Shown one piece after another: positions 8,606-18,103 of a stretch of 32,000 bases of DNA. This stretch comes from Candidatus Saccharimonadota bacterium (GTDB lineage: Bacteria > Patescibacteriota > Saccharimonadia > Saccharimonadales > Saccharimonadaceae): NCBI GenBank assembly GCA_001029695.1, contig CP011211.1:930001-962000 (forward strand), in the 5' to 3' direction. The translations under genes and the position numbers were made by a program. The first letter of the stretch is position 1; the number at the start of each line of letters is the position of its first letter. Under the pieces are notes generated by a model. That model worked only from the letters and a program-made list of their open reading frames with translations, was not told the origin of the DNA and made no database searches.

Positions 8606-8638
8606 AAAAACACCTCTAGGAATATGAGGTGTTTTTTT
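8606..8638 (+). terminator. rho-independent terminator after hpf
   Basis: An 11-bp stem (AAAAACACCTC / GAGGTGTTTTT) with a 9-nt loop and a T-run. Confidence 0.8.
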
Positions 8639-8723
8639 GTCTGGGAGCTTTTATCTCAGGAGAAAACAGCGTATACTAGACCATAGTAATTTCAGACTAT
8701 TTTTCAGGAGCAAGGGTATTTCT

Positions 8724-11348
8724 ATGGTCAGTAGACAAAAGGTGTTAACAAAAGTATTTGGCGATCCGCAAAAGCGACTCTTGAGGGCGCTCGAAAAGCG
8801 CGTTGACGCGATTAATGATCTCGCCGAAAAATACAACAAGATGACAAAGCCAGAGCTTAAGAAGCAAACGGCTGAACTTAAGAAGAAGCTTGGTAAAAAG
8901 GGCGTGACGCTTGATACGATTCTTCCCGAGGCGTTTGCACTTGTGCGTGAAGCGAGTGATCGTGTACTTGGCATGCGACATTTTGATGTGCAGCTCATTG
9001 GCGGTATGGCACTTCATGATGGTAATATCGCCGAAATGAAGACAGGTGAAGGTAAGACGCTTGTTGCAACGCTTCCAAGCTATCTCAACGCACTTGAAGA
9101 AAAAGGTGTGCATGTAGTGACTGTGAATGACTACCTAGCTCAGCGTGATGCTGGCGAAATGGGTGAGTTGTTTGATTTCCTTGGCCTATCGACTGGTGTT
9201 ATCATCGCCGATGCTTCATTTATTTATGATGGTGAGTACGACAATGATGCGCATGATGACCCGCGCATGCGCCGGCTCCGACCAGTGTCTCGCAAGGAGG
9301 CATACGCAGCTGATGTCACCTATGGCACAAACAATGAGTTTGGTTTTGATTATCTCCGCGACAACATGGTGAACGAAGTTGAGCTACTTCGTCAGCGTGA
9401 ACTGAATTTTGCGATTGTGGATGAGGCCGACTCGGTGCTTATCGACGAAGCGCGCACACCGCTGATTATTAGTGCGCCTGCCGCAGAGAATCCTGATAGC
9501 TATCATCAATTTGCAAAAATTGCCGCGAAACTTGTTCCGGATGATTTTATCCTTGATGAAAAGCGTCGTAGTGTTTCGCTGACGGACGAGGGTGTCGAGA
9601 AAGTACAACGCATGCTTGGGGTAAAAAATCTTTATACGCCAGATTATATTCGTTCTGTCTATCACCTTGATCAGGCATTAAAAGCGCAGACGCTCTTTAA
9701 GCGTGACAAAGATTACGTAGTAACAAACGATGGTGAAGTGATTATCGTCGACGAACACACGGGCCGTTTGATGCAAGGTCGTCGCTACAACGAAGGTCTT
9801 CATCAGGCGATTGAGGCAAAAGAGAATGTTCCAGTGCTTCAGGAGAGTATGACGCTCGCAACTGTATCGTTCCAGAACTATTTCCGCCTGTACAACAAGC
9901 TTTCGGGTATGACGGGTACAGCCTTCACTGAAGCCGAAGAGTTCCAGCAGATCTATAGCCTGGATGTTATTCAGATTCCATCGAATCGTCCGATTGCTCG
10001 TGAAGACAAAGAGGATCTTATATTCAAGTCTGAGAAGGGAAAACTTAAAGCTGTTGCAGAAGCAATCAAGGAGTACCACAAAGTTGGCCGTCCGGTACTT
10101 ATCGGTTCTGCATCCATTGCAAAAAATGAGATGATTGCGGCGTATCTTGATAAAGAGAATATTCCGTATGAACTTTTGAATGCGAAGAACAATGAGCGCG
10201 AGGCGGCGATTATCGCAAAGGCTGGAGAAAAAGGTGCAATTACACTTGCAACAAACATCGCTGGTCGTGGTACGGACATTAAGCTTGGTGAAGGTGTCGT
10301 AGAACTTGGCGGACTGGTTGTAATTGGCTCTGAGCGACATGAGTCACGTCGAATCGATAATCAGCTCCGTGGTCGTGGCGGTCGACAGGGTGATCCGGGA
10401 GAGACGCAGTTTTATGTTTCAACCGAAGACGACTTGATGCGTATCTTCCAGGGCGACCGAATTGCAAGCCTGATGGATCGACTTGGAGTTGATGAGGATA
10501 CACCAATTCAAAACAAAGCTGTATCGAAGACACTTGAAGCTGCTCAAAAGCGTGTTGAAGGCTACAACTACGATACTCGTAAAAACGTTGTTCAGTACGA
10601 TAATGTCATCAACCGTCACCGACGTGTCGTTTATGTTATGCGACGTAAGATCCTTGAAGGTGATGATATCAAGCCTGAGATCGAACGACTACTTGAGGAG
10701 AAAGTGCGTGAGCTGACAGCAGTTCCTGCGAAGAATAACAAAAACTTTGCTGAAGAATTTACCTCTGTATTCCCGATTGATGATAAAAATCTAGAAGCTA
10801 TAGGCCTTGAGAAAAAGGATAAGCTTCGTTTTGATGAGGCGCTTAAGGCAGTCAAGAAGCTATACGAGGCAAAAGAGAAAGAGCTCACTCCTGAGATTGT
10901 TCGAAAAGTTGAGCGCGAAGTCTACCTTCAGGTGCTTGATACACTTTGGATGCAACACCTCGAGAATATGCAGCACCTCCGCGAAGGTATTCATTGGCGA
11001 AGTGTTGGACAGCGTGACCCACTTGTCGAATACCGTGCTGAATCACAAAAACTCTTCGAGAGTCTTCAGACGACACTTCGCGATGAAGTGCTTCGTGCTG
11101 TCATGCATGTTCACCCAAGCGACGTAGTTGTTCAGGCAGAGGAAGAGTATGACACTGAGCTTACAAAACTTGCTGAATCGGCAGTTGAAAAGGGTGTCAA
11201 CGAAGTGACTGGCGGTGAAGAGAATCGTGATGACGACTTTAGTAAGACAAAAAAAGCTAAGACAGTTTCTGAATCAAATAAGATCAAGAACGATGCGCGT
11301 AAAAAGAAGAAGACCGCTCGTCAAAACCGAAAAAAGAAGCGTAACTAG
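8724..11348 (+). CDS. secA: preprotein translocase ATPase SecA
   Basis: SecA hallmarks include MVSRQKVLTKVFGDPQKRLL..., Walker A MKTGEGKTLV, DEAD-like VDEADSVLIDEARTPLIIS, and TNIAGRGTDIKLG. I chose the start at ATG 8724 (GGAGCAAGGG upstream) because the track start at 8637 lies inside the hpf terminator. The C-terminus is Lys/Arg-rich and has no Cys-containing zinc finger. Confidence 0.97.
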   Translation: MVSRQKVLTKVFGDPQKRLLRALEKRVDAINDLAEKYNKMTKPELKKQTAELKKKLGKKGVTLDTILPEAFALVREASDRVLGMRHFDVQLIGGMALHDGNIAEMKTGEGKTLVATLPSYLNALEEKGVHVVTVNDYLAQRDAGEMGELFDFLGLSTGVIIADASFIYDGEYDNDAHDDPRMRRLRPVSRKEAYAADVTYGTNNEFGFDYLRDNMVNEVELLRQRELNFAIVDEADSVLIDEARTPLIISAPAAENPDSYHQFAKIAAKLVPDDFILDEKRRSVSLTDEGVEKVQRMLGVKNLYTPDYIRSVYHLDQALKAQTLFKRDKDYVVTNDGEVIIVDEHTGRLMQGRRYNEGLHQAIEAKENVPVLQESMTLATVSFQNYFRLYNKLSGMTGTAFTEAEEFQQIYSLDVIQIPSNRPIAREDKEDLIFKSEKGKLKAVAEAIKEYHKVGRPVLIGSASIAKNEMIAAYLDKENIPYELLNAKNNEREAAIIAKAGEKGAITLATNIAGRGTDIKLGEGVVELGGLVVIGSERHESRRIDNQLRGRGGRQGDPGETQFYVSTEDDLMRIFQGDRIASLMDRLGVDEDTPIQNKAVSKTLEAAQKRVEGYNYDTRKNVVQYDNVINRHRRVVYVMRRKILEGDDIKPEIERLLEEKVRELTAVPAKNNKNFAEEFTSVFPIDDKNLEAIGLEKKDKLRFDEALKAVKKLYEAKEKELTPEIVRKVEREVYLQVLDTLWMQHLENMQHLREGIHWRSVGQRDPLVEYRAESQKLFESLQTTLRDEVLRAVMHVHPSDVVVQAEEEYDTELTKLAESAVEKGVNEVTGGEENRDDDFSKTKKAKTVSESNKIKNDARKKKKTARQNRKKKRN

Positions 11349-11359
11349 GCCACGCCTGT

Positions 11360-12646
11360 ATGAAGCATACTGTTGAAGAAGTACGTTTAAGTAACGGTGC
11401 CCGTGGGCTTTTGATCGATGTACCTGGTGCAACGGTGATGAGTTTTCAGTTTCAATTTCGCGCGGGCAATCGCTATGTGGCGAATAAGGATATTTACGAA
11501 ACTGCGCACATCATGGAGCATATGGCTTTTGGTGCAAATGCTCGATTTAGAAATGAGCATGAATTTGAGGCTGAGTTTACAAAAAATGGTGCGTATCATA
11601 ATGCCTATACGAGTGATATGAGTATGGTCTATGTCGCGGATTGCGCTGACTTTGAATGGGAGCGAATCTTCGATCTTCAGCGAGTATCTATCTGCCAGCC
11701 TCGCTTTAATCCTGACGAGCTCGAGGCGGAAAAGGGTAACGTAAAGAGCGAATTGACTGGGTATTTAAATAATCATAATCGAGTGTTATGGCCAAAAGTA
11801 CAGCAACTTCTCGGTGAAGATGTCTACACATTTAACCAACGATTAAAAACAATTGCTAATGTAACGCTCAAAGATATAAAAGAGCATCACAACCGTACGC
11901 ATACAGCTAAAAACATGCGCTTTGTCATCGCAGGTAAGCTTCATGGACGAAAAAGTGAAATCAAAAGACAGCTTGAAGACTGGGAGCTAAAAGAGGGTGA
12001 GCGATTCGATGCGCCACACGATCTATTTTCTGCGGGCAACCCAACGTTGATTCGCCGCAAAGAAGCATCCAACCTTACGTTTGCTTGGTCTATGATTGCT
12101 CCACGTGAATTGTCAGATGAAGAGTCTGATGCTATGAACTGCTTGGATCATATTTTGACAGGTACAATGCATTCACGGATCTACGGTGCGGCACGCAAAA
12201 AAGGCCTCGCTTATGGTATGTTTAGTGACACGTCAGTAGGGTTCCACGACAGTAGCTGGGATTTTGGAGGACAAGTAAACCTCGAAACATCAGGTGCGCT
12301 GTTTGATATCATCGTTCGTGAGCTTGGGCAAGTTCTCGACGGTAAGATTACAGAGGCAGAGATTGATGCGGCAAAGTCATACGCACTCGGTCGTCACCAG
12401 ATGGGCGCACAGACAGTGGCGCAAATTAGTAATTTTTACACGAATCGTTATTTTGCTGACGGTGAGGTGAAGGATTATGAGAAGGTACCTGAATCGATAA
12501 CACATACTTCTCGTGACGTGATGATCAATACCGCTCGCGAGTTCATCGATCATAATATATCAGTACTTGCGGGAGTGAGTAGTGGTGAAAAGCAGGATAT
12601 TGTTGAGCTTAGTAGTAAGCTTGAGACATTGTTTGTGAAAAAATAA
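11360..12646 (+). CDS. M16 family (insulinase/pitrilysin-like) zinc peptidase
   Basis: Inverted zinc motif HxxEH (AHIMEHMAFG), plus a downstream Glu-rich segment (ELEAEKGNVKSE). Length 428 aa. Confidence 0.85.
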   Translation: MKHTVEEVRLSNGARGLLIDVPGATVMSFQFQFRAGNRYVANKDIYETAHIMEHMAFGANARFRNEHEFEAEFTKNGAYHNAYTSDMSMVYVADCADFEWERIFDLQRVSICQPRFNPDELEAEKGNVKSELTGYLNNHNRVLWPKVQQLLGEDVYTFNQRLKTIANVTLKDIKEHHNRTHTAKNMRFVIAGKLHGRKSEIKRQLEDWELKEGERFDAPHDLFSAGNPTLIRRKEASNLTFAWSMIAPRELSDEESDAMNCLDHILTGTMHSRIYGAARKKGLAYGMFSDTSVGFHDSSWDFGGQVNLETSGALFDIIVRELGQVLDGKITEAEIDAAKSYALGRHQMGAQTVAQISNFYTNRYFADGEVKDYEKVPESITHTSRDVMINTAREFIDHNISVLAGVSSGEKQDIVELSSKLETLFVKK

Positions 12647-12663
12647 TAGGAGTATTTAGCGCT

Positions 12664-13992
12664 ATGAATGTTGTGATCGCAGGATACGGAGCCGAAGGCA
12701 AATCCAACTACGAGTATTACTTAAAACGTGGTGACTTCGTGACGATCGCAGATGAAAGGCTAGAGCTTGACGATGCTCCCGATGACGCCGCACTGCTACT
12801 CGGTGAGGACGCGTTCGCTCGATTAAATGGATTTGACCTTGTCGTCCGAACAGCTGGGCTCGCACCCTCTAAGATTTCTACTGATGGACAGGTATGGTCC
12901 GCGACGAATGAATTTTTTGCTGAGTGCCCAGCTCCGATCATCGGAGTGACGGGTAGCAAAGGTAAGGGGACGACCTGTAGTCTTATTACGAGTATCCTTC
13001 GAGCGGCAGGAAAAACGGTGCATCTTGTTGGTAATATCGGAGTACCCGCGCTTGATGTGCTGCCTAAAATCTCCGCTGAAGATATCGTTGTGTATGAGCT
13101 GAGTAGTTTTCAACTATGGGACCTAGAGCGATCCCCATCCGTTGCAGTTGTGCTGCACATGGAGCCTGATCATCTTGATGTCCATGCCTCTTTTGAGGAA
13201 TATATAGAAGCAAAAGCGAATATCCGCGTCCATCAAAAAGACTCAGACGTATGTTTCTATCATCCAACGAATGTTTTCTCCAAGCAAATAGCAACTTCAC
13301 TGACTACGGAAAATGACGAACAGGTATTGCCGTATAATACAGTCAATGAGCGTAACGACAGGGTGTCGGTTGCCTTTGTAGATGGGCAGAATTTCTTCGC
13401 ATCACGAAAAAGTGCGGAGCCGATACAGATTTGTCCACTCAATGCATTGCAGCTCCCAGGGGCGCATAATCAAGAAAATGCCTGTGCGGCAATCTCGGCA
13501 AGTCTTTTATTTACCGATGATTTTTCTGCAGTAGAACGGGGTCTCCGAGATTTCTCAGGTTTGCCTCACCGATTGAAGTTCGTGAGAGCGGTCAATGAGG
13601 TTCGTTATTATGATGACAGTATTGCGACAACTCCTGGAAGTGCTTCAGCGGCGCTGGCTGCTTTTTCAGAGCCAAAGGTGTTGATTATGGGTGGGTCAAC
13701 AAAGGGTGCTGATTTTACAGATTTTGCGAAGGTGGCGCAGCGGAGTAATATACGAAAAATTATTCTGATTGGGGATGAAGCGGCGCGTATCGCGGCCGCA
13801 CTCGATGAACATGGGGTAGCCACTGAAAATCTTGGCAGTGAAGTGACGATGACGCAAGTGGTGGGAGAGGCGCACGCCTCGGCTATCGCAGGCGATGTTG
13901 TGGTACTAAGTCCAGCATGCGCAAGTTTTGGTATGTTTAAGAACTACGCCGATCGTGGTGACCAGTTTATCGCTGCCGTTCAGGCGCTTTGA
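12664..13992 (+). CDS. murD: UDP-N-acetylmuramoyl-L-alanine--D-glutamate ligase (MurD-type Mur ligase)
   Basis: N-terminal Rossmann-like region VVIAGYGAEGKS, P-loop GVTGSKGKGTT, and C-terminal GLPHRLKFV....VRYYDDSIATTP resembling MurD GLPHR....NDSKATN. It is isolated from any mraY/ftsW/murG neighbours. Confidence 0.8.
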   Translation: MNVVIAGYGAEGKSNYEYYLKRGDFVTIADERLELDDAPDDAALLLGEDAFARLNGFDLVVRTAGLAPSKISTDGQVWSATNEFFAECPAPIIGVTGSKGKGTTCSLITSILRAAGKTVHLVGNIGVPALDVLPKISAEDIVVYELSSFQLWDLERSPSVAVVLHMEPDHLDVHASFEEYIEAKANIRVHQKDSDVCFYHPTNVFSKQIATSLTTENDEQVLPYNTVNERNDRVSVAFVDGQNFFASRKSAEPIQICPLNALQLPGAHNQENACAAISASLLFTDDFSAVERGLRDFSGLPHRLKFVRAVNEVRYYDDSIATTPGSASAALAAFSEPKVLIMGGSTKGADFTDFAKVAQRSNIRKIILIGDEAARIAAALDEHGVATENLGSEVTMTQVVGEAHASAIAGDVVVLSPACASFGMFKNYADRGDQFIAAVQAL

Positions 13993-13998
13993 TATAAT
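13990..13998 (+). promoter_or_regulatory. extended -10 promoter TGATATAAT upstream of the M48 peptidase gene
   Basis: A perfect TGnTATAAT overlaps the murD stop codon. It is followed by a 23-nt leader containing AAGGGGAG. Confidence 0.45.
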
Positions 13999-14021
13999 AG
14001 AGAAAATAAAAGGGGAGAGCC

Positions 14022-14924
14022 ATGCAACAACAACCAGAAAATGAAGCTGTCACTAAAGCGCGTCGTTCGAGTGATCTCGTCGTATTGATTAGTATACTTG
14101 TGGGTATCGGAGTAGTGCTATTTGTATTTTTCTTAATGGGGCTACTACTTACTATTGCCGGCAGTGAGTTTATGCGAGATGAGTATACCGGTGAGGTCGG
14201 TACGGTTGTTGACTATCTTCTTGGGATTGGATTCTACGCATTTTTCCTTGGAATATTTTTGGTGATTCTGCTCGTTACGATTCGCGTTATGCGCCAATCG
14301 TTTCTTGGAAACGCTCTGCAGGTTGAGTATAGCAATTACGCATGGCTTCGTGATTGGAGTAATAAGGTTGCCGAAGACTTGCAGATGCCGCGTGTTGAGA
14401 TTTTTATTACTCAAGACCCTGTCATTAATGCATATGCGATTGGATTTAAGACGCCATATAATATTATGCTAAACTCTGGTGCTATTCGGTATCTTTCGAA
14501 AGAAGAGCTAAAAGCCGTAGTGGTGCATGAAATGGCGCATGTAAAATACCACCATACTCAATGGAACGCATACCTTGGAATTCTGACAGCCCTACCTATC
14601 ATTGGTGGACTGACAAGCTGGCTAATCGCATTTTGGGGTCGTCGCGCTGAGCTTACCGCTGATAGGCTTGCACTTTGCTACCTTAAGGATGTGGAACTTG
14701 TGAAAAACTCTCTCGTAAAAGTGCATGTTGGCCCGGATGTTGCCGCATCATTTAATGATGTTGCTCGCCAGTGGCAGGTTATTAATACAGAAAGTACGTT
14801 TAACCGATTTTCGCAAACGTTTAGTAGTCATCCTTTCCTTGTTCGACGGTTGCAGCATCTTGATAATTCTACATACCTGATTACTCCGCCGGCGCAAAAA
14901 GAGGCTCATGCAACCACTCATTAA
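14022..14924 (+). CDS. M48 family (HtpX/Ste24-like) membrane metallopeptidase
   Basis: HEXXH motif VVVHEMAHVKYHH, with N-terminal TM helices and a further TM pair after the motif. Confidence 0.8.
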   Translation: MQQQPENEAVTKARRSSDLVVLISILVGIGVVLFVFFLMGLLLTIAGSEFMRDEYTGEVGTVVDYLLGIGFYAFFLGIFLVILLVTIRVMRQSFLGNALQVEYSNYAWLRDWSNKVAEDLQMPRVEIFITQDPVINAYAIGFKTPYNIMLNSGAIRYLSKEELKAVVVHEMAHVKYHHTQWNAYLGILTALPIIGGLTSWLIAFWGRRAELTADRLALCYLKDVELVKNSLVKVHVGPDVAASFNDVARQWQVINTESTFNRFSQTFSSHPFLVRRLQHLDNSTYLITPPAQKEAHATTH

Positions 14925-15990
14925 GCGTGTAACACAGTTACGCGATGCGATTGATGTCGCGTATGGACAATTGGCGATTGATGATCGTAGCAACAAAGCT
15001 GTCCGTCTCGAAGAGGATCTTGCACGTCCTGAGATATGGAATAATCCAACAGACGCCCAAGAGAAGAGCCGGCAACTTGCAGCGCTCCATAGTATGGTTG
15101 AGCCGTGGCGGACACTTCGCGCGCAGACTGCAGATATTGTTGAGCTCATGGAGCTTGGAGACGACAGTCTACTGAAAGAGTTTGATGGACAAGTGAATGC
15201 GCTAGAAAAGGAATTTAGTGAGCGCAAAAAAGAGCTCCTGTTTAACGGTGAATATGATGATCACAATGTCATCTTAAGGCTTAGTGCTGGCGTCGGGGGA
15301 CTTGATGCGCAGGATTTTGCTGAAATGCTGGAAAGGATGTACCTACGCTGGGCGGAAAAGCAGGGCATAGAGACCCGTCAAATCGAACGCTCTAGCGGAG
15401 ATGAGGCTGGACTTAAGACGAGTGTGATTGAATTTGTCGGACCGTATGCGTATGGCAGGCTTCGCTCGGAGAATGGCGTCCATAGACTCGTGCGACTGAG
15501 TCCGTTTAATAGTGATAACCTACGACAAACGAGCTTTGCTCTTGTGGAGGTGCTGCCACAAATTGATACTCCAGATGAAGTGAAGATCGAAGATAAAGAT
15601 TTAAAAATTGATGTCTATCGCGCGGGTGGTCATGGCGGGCAGAGTGTTAATACGACAGATAGTGCTGTGCGAATAACGCATGTCCCGACAGGTATTGTCG
15701 TGGCGATCCAAAATGAGCGCTCACAGCTTCAAAACAAAGAAACGGCTATGAAGATTTTGAGATCAAAACTTGCGGCACTTCGTATGGAGCAACATGCGGA
15801 GAGTATTAGCGATTTGCAAGCGGGGGAGTCAGCGAACTGGGGATCTCAGATACGCAACTATGTCCTTCATCCATATACACTTGTTAAGGATACTCGCACG
15901 AAGCATGAAGATCGCGATGCGAGTGGTGTTCTTGACGGTAAGATTGATGGCTTTATTGAAGCATATCTCGAGAGTCAAATAGGCGAGTAG
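14908..15990 (+). CDS. prfB: peptide chain release factor 2 (uninterrupted, no programmed frameshift)
   Basis: RF2-specific SPF tripeptide (LSPFNSDNLRQTSF), GGQ motif (YRAGGHGGQSVNTTDSAVRITH), and WGSQIRNYVLHPY. AAGAGG lies upstream. The gene overlaps the preceding gene by 17 nt. Confidence 0.95.
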   Translation: MQPLIKRVTQLRDAIDVAYGQLAIDDRSNKAVRLEEDLARPEIWNNPTDAQEKSRQLAALHSMVEPWRTLRAQTADIVELMELGDDSLLKEFDGQVNALEKEFSERKKELLFNGEYDDHNVILRLSAGVGGLDAQDFAEMLERMYLRWAEKQGIETRQIERSSGDEAGLKTSVIEFVGPYAYGRLRSENGVHRLVRLSPFNSDNLRQTSFALVEVLPQIDTPDEVKIEDKDLKIDVYRAGGHGGQSVNTTDSAVRITHVPTGIVVAIQNERSQLQNKETAMKILRSKLAALRMEQHAESISDLQAGESANWGSQIRNYVLHPYTLVKDTRTKHEDRDASGVLDGKIDGFIEAYLESQIGE

Positions 15991-16011
15991 ACTGGTATTT
16001 TAAAGCTGATT

Positions 16012-16020
16012 TGATATAGT
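16012..16020 (+). promoter_or_regulatory. extended -10 box TGATATAGT 8 nt upstream of the gltS-like ATG
   Basis: The sequence reads TGATATAGT-AGATAATA-ATG, with no SD. Confidence 0.4.
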
Positions 16021-16028
16021 AGATAATA

Positions 16029-17372
16029 ATGCTTACGGATACCCTTATTGCCTATGGCTTATTAGTTGCAGCCCTTGTGGTTGGCTATATTTTTGTTAAA
16101 TTACCTATTATTCGAAAGGCATACTTGCCTGCCAGTGTTGCCGCAGGGTTGTTGCTTCTTGCGCTTGGACCGCAGCTACTCGGAGAGATCCCTAAAGAAT
16201 ACTACGGGACGTGGTCTCCACTCCCGGCATTACTTATCAATGTTGTCTTTGCGGGTCTGTTCCTTGCACGCCCGCTTATTTCGCTGAAACGCATGTGGCA
16301 GGTTGCAAGCCCGCAAGCCGCGTTTGGTCAAACAATTGCTTGGGGTTACTATGCGTTAGGCGGGTTGGTGACGTTGTTTATCCTGATACCACTTTTTCAA
16401 GCGTCGCCGCTCACGGCAGCTTTGATAGAAGTGAGCTTTGAAGGTGGTCATGGCACAGCTGCTGGTATGATACCAGTGTTCCATGAGCTGAATTTTGCCG
16501 CTGGCCAAGAGATTACGGTGGCGCTTGCAACGACGAGTCTTGTCTGTGCGTTGGTATCGGGTTTTATTTTGATAAGTTGGGGGCGTCGTCGGGGGCATTT
16601 CAAGGAGGGCGGTCCAGTCGAGAAGATTCAGAATAAGATATACCATCGACGGATTATCCACGAACTTAAGCAAAAAGGTGTTCAACTTCGCGAGGAGATA
16701 ACAATTGGGCGATTCGTTTCTCATATTATTCTCATTGCAGTTGCGGTGGGGTTAGGACTCTTGACTCATTGGCTTTTGCTTCAGATCGAAAATGCCTGGT
16801 GGGGACAGAATGGCGTGAAAGTGTTTGGCTATATGCCTGTGTTTACCTTCTGTATGTTTGGGGGTATGGCAGCTCAGATTATTTGGACGAAGTTTAAATG
16901 GCACGTATCGCGACCTGTGGTTGAACTGATCTGCGCGGCGGCACTGAGTATCCTCATTGTAACCGCTATTGGAACAATGTCTCTTGATTTCATCTCACGA
17001 GATGGCTGGATCTTTGTTATTCTGGCAGCCACAGGTGTTCTTTGGGTATTGTTTTGTTTCTTGGTGCTTGGTCGTTTTATGTTTAAGAAACACTGGTTCT
17101 CAAATGCGATCGTCAGTGCCGGTCAGTCAATGGGGACGACGGCAACTGGACTCCTCTTTGCTCAGATTGTTGACCCAAAACAGCGCACAGGAGCGGTGGA
17201 GAGCTTTGGCTATAAACAACTTCTGTTTGAGCCGTTCATGGGCGGAGGTGTTGTCACGGCACTCTCAATGCCAGCTATTGTTTTGCTGGGACTTCCACTA
17301 TTCACGGCAATCGCCGGTGCATTCTGTCTATTTTGGCTTCTCGCTGGCTTGTTGTATTTTGGTAGACGGTAG
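16029..17372 (+). CDS. gltS: sodium/glutamate symporter (GltS/ESS family)
   Basis: A 447-aa polytopic membrane protein. Segments resemble E. coli GltS as I recall it from memory (EVSFEGGHGTAAG vs ITLSGGHGTGAA; SAGQSMGTTATGLLFAQIVDP vs AAGHCGFGLGATPTAIANMQAI). Confidence 0.7.
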   Translation: MLTDTLIAYGLLVAALVVGYIFVKLPIIRKAYLPASVAAGLLLLALGPQLLGEIPKEYYGTWSPLPALLINVVFAGLFLARPLISLKRMWQVASPQAAFGQTIAWGYYALGGLVTLFILIPLFQASPLTAALIEVSFEGGHGTAAGMIPVFHELNFAAGQEITVALATTSLVCALVSGFILISWGRRRGHFKEGGPVEKIQNKIYHRRIIHELKQKGVQLREEITIGRFVSHIILIAVAVGLGLLTHWLLLQIENAWWGQNGVKVFGYMPVFTFCMFGGMAAQIIWTKFKWHVSRPVVELICAAALSILIVTAIGTMSLDFISRDGWIFVILAATGVLWVLFCFLVLGRFMFKKHWFSNAIVSAGQSMGTTATGLLFAQIVDPKQRTGAVESFGYKQLLFEPFMGGGVVTALSMPAIVLLGLPLFTAIAGAFCLFWLLAGLLYFGRR

Positions 17373-17400
17373 GCTGGATCGACTTTTCACACAAAACTTA

Positions 17401-17409
17401 TGCTATAAT
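17401..17409 (+). promoter_or_regulatory. extended -10 promoter TGCTATAAT 10 nt upstream of the ftsE ATG
   Basis: A perfect TGnTATAAT. There is no SD in the 10 nt before the ATG. Confidence 0.45.
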
Positions 17410-17419
17410 ACTATAAGTA

Positions 17420-18103
17420 ATGATTCTATTAGATAGGGTAACTAAATCGTACGGCAAGGACATGAAGCCGGCAATTAATCGCGTGAGTCTTCACGTTGAA
17501 CCTCGAGAGTTTGTCATCTTGGTAGGCACAAGCGGAGCAGGCAAATCTACGCTTCTTAAGTTGCTAACTCGAGAAGAGAAGCCAAGTAGCGGTAAGATTG
17601 TTGTCGGTGGAATTGACTACGATACACTCAAGGATAAACATATTCCACTACTTCGACGAAAGATTGGCGTTGTCTTCCAGGACTTCAAGTTGCTCCCACA
17701 GCGTACGGTATTTGAAAACATCGCGTTCGCTCTTGAGATCGCCGGCATGACAAATCGTGAGATTAAAAATACAGTCCCTAAGGTGATTGAACTTGTTGGA
17801 TTGAAGGGTAAAGAAAAGAACTTTCCACACCAACTTTCTGGCGGAGAGCGTCAACGTGTGGCGATTGCTCGTGCAGTTGTTCGTCAGCCAAAAATTCTTA
17901 TTGCCGATGAGCCAACGGGTAACCTTGATCCTCGTCATAGTTGGGATATTGTTCGCTTACTTGAAAAGATCAACAAATACGGAACAACGGTTCTTCTGAC
18001 GACTCATAACGTAGAGATCGTTAATAAATTGCAGCGTCGCGTGATTACTATTGAACATGGAAAGATTACAAGCGATCAGGCGCAGGGGAGCTATAGACAG
18101 TAA
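17420..18103 (+). CDS. ftsE: cell division ATP-binding protein FtsE
   Basis: Walker A GTSGAGKST, signature LSGGERQRVAIARA, Walker B ILIADEPTGNLD. Length 227 aa. It is directly coupled to ftsX by a TAATG overlap. Confidence 0.93.
   Translation: MILLDRVTKSYGKDMKPAINRVSLHVEPREFVILVGTSGAGKSTLLKLLTREEKPSSGKIVVGGIDYDTLKDKHIPLLRRKIGVVFQDFKLLPQRTVFENIAFALEIAGMTNREIKNTVPKVIELVGLKGKEKNFPHQLSGGERQRVAIARAVVRQPKILIADEPTGNLDPRHSWDIVRLLEKINKYGTTVLLTTHNVEIVNKLQRRVITIEHGKITSDQAQGSYRQ

Noticed and set aside
8637-8723. An N-terminal extension of SecA (ORF-track start at 8637, adding MSGSFYLRRKQRILDHSNFRLFFRSKGIS).
   Set aside because: The extension begins inside the T-run of the hpf terminator hairpin (8606-8638) and is not SecA-like. 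ATG 8724 has an upstream GGAG-type SD and gives the canonical SecA N-terminus.
14908-15000. A search for the programmed +1 frameshift site (CTT TGA C) and a short upstream ORF for prfB.
   Set aside because: Neither is present. The single frame from ATG 14908 encodes the complete RF2 N-terminus, so no frameshift or pseudogene call is warranted.
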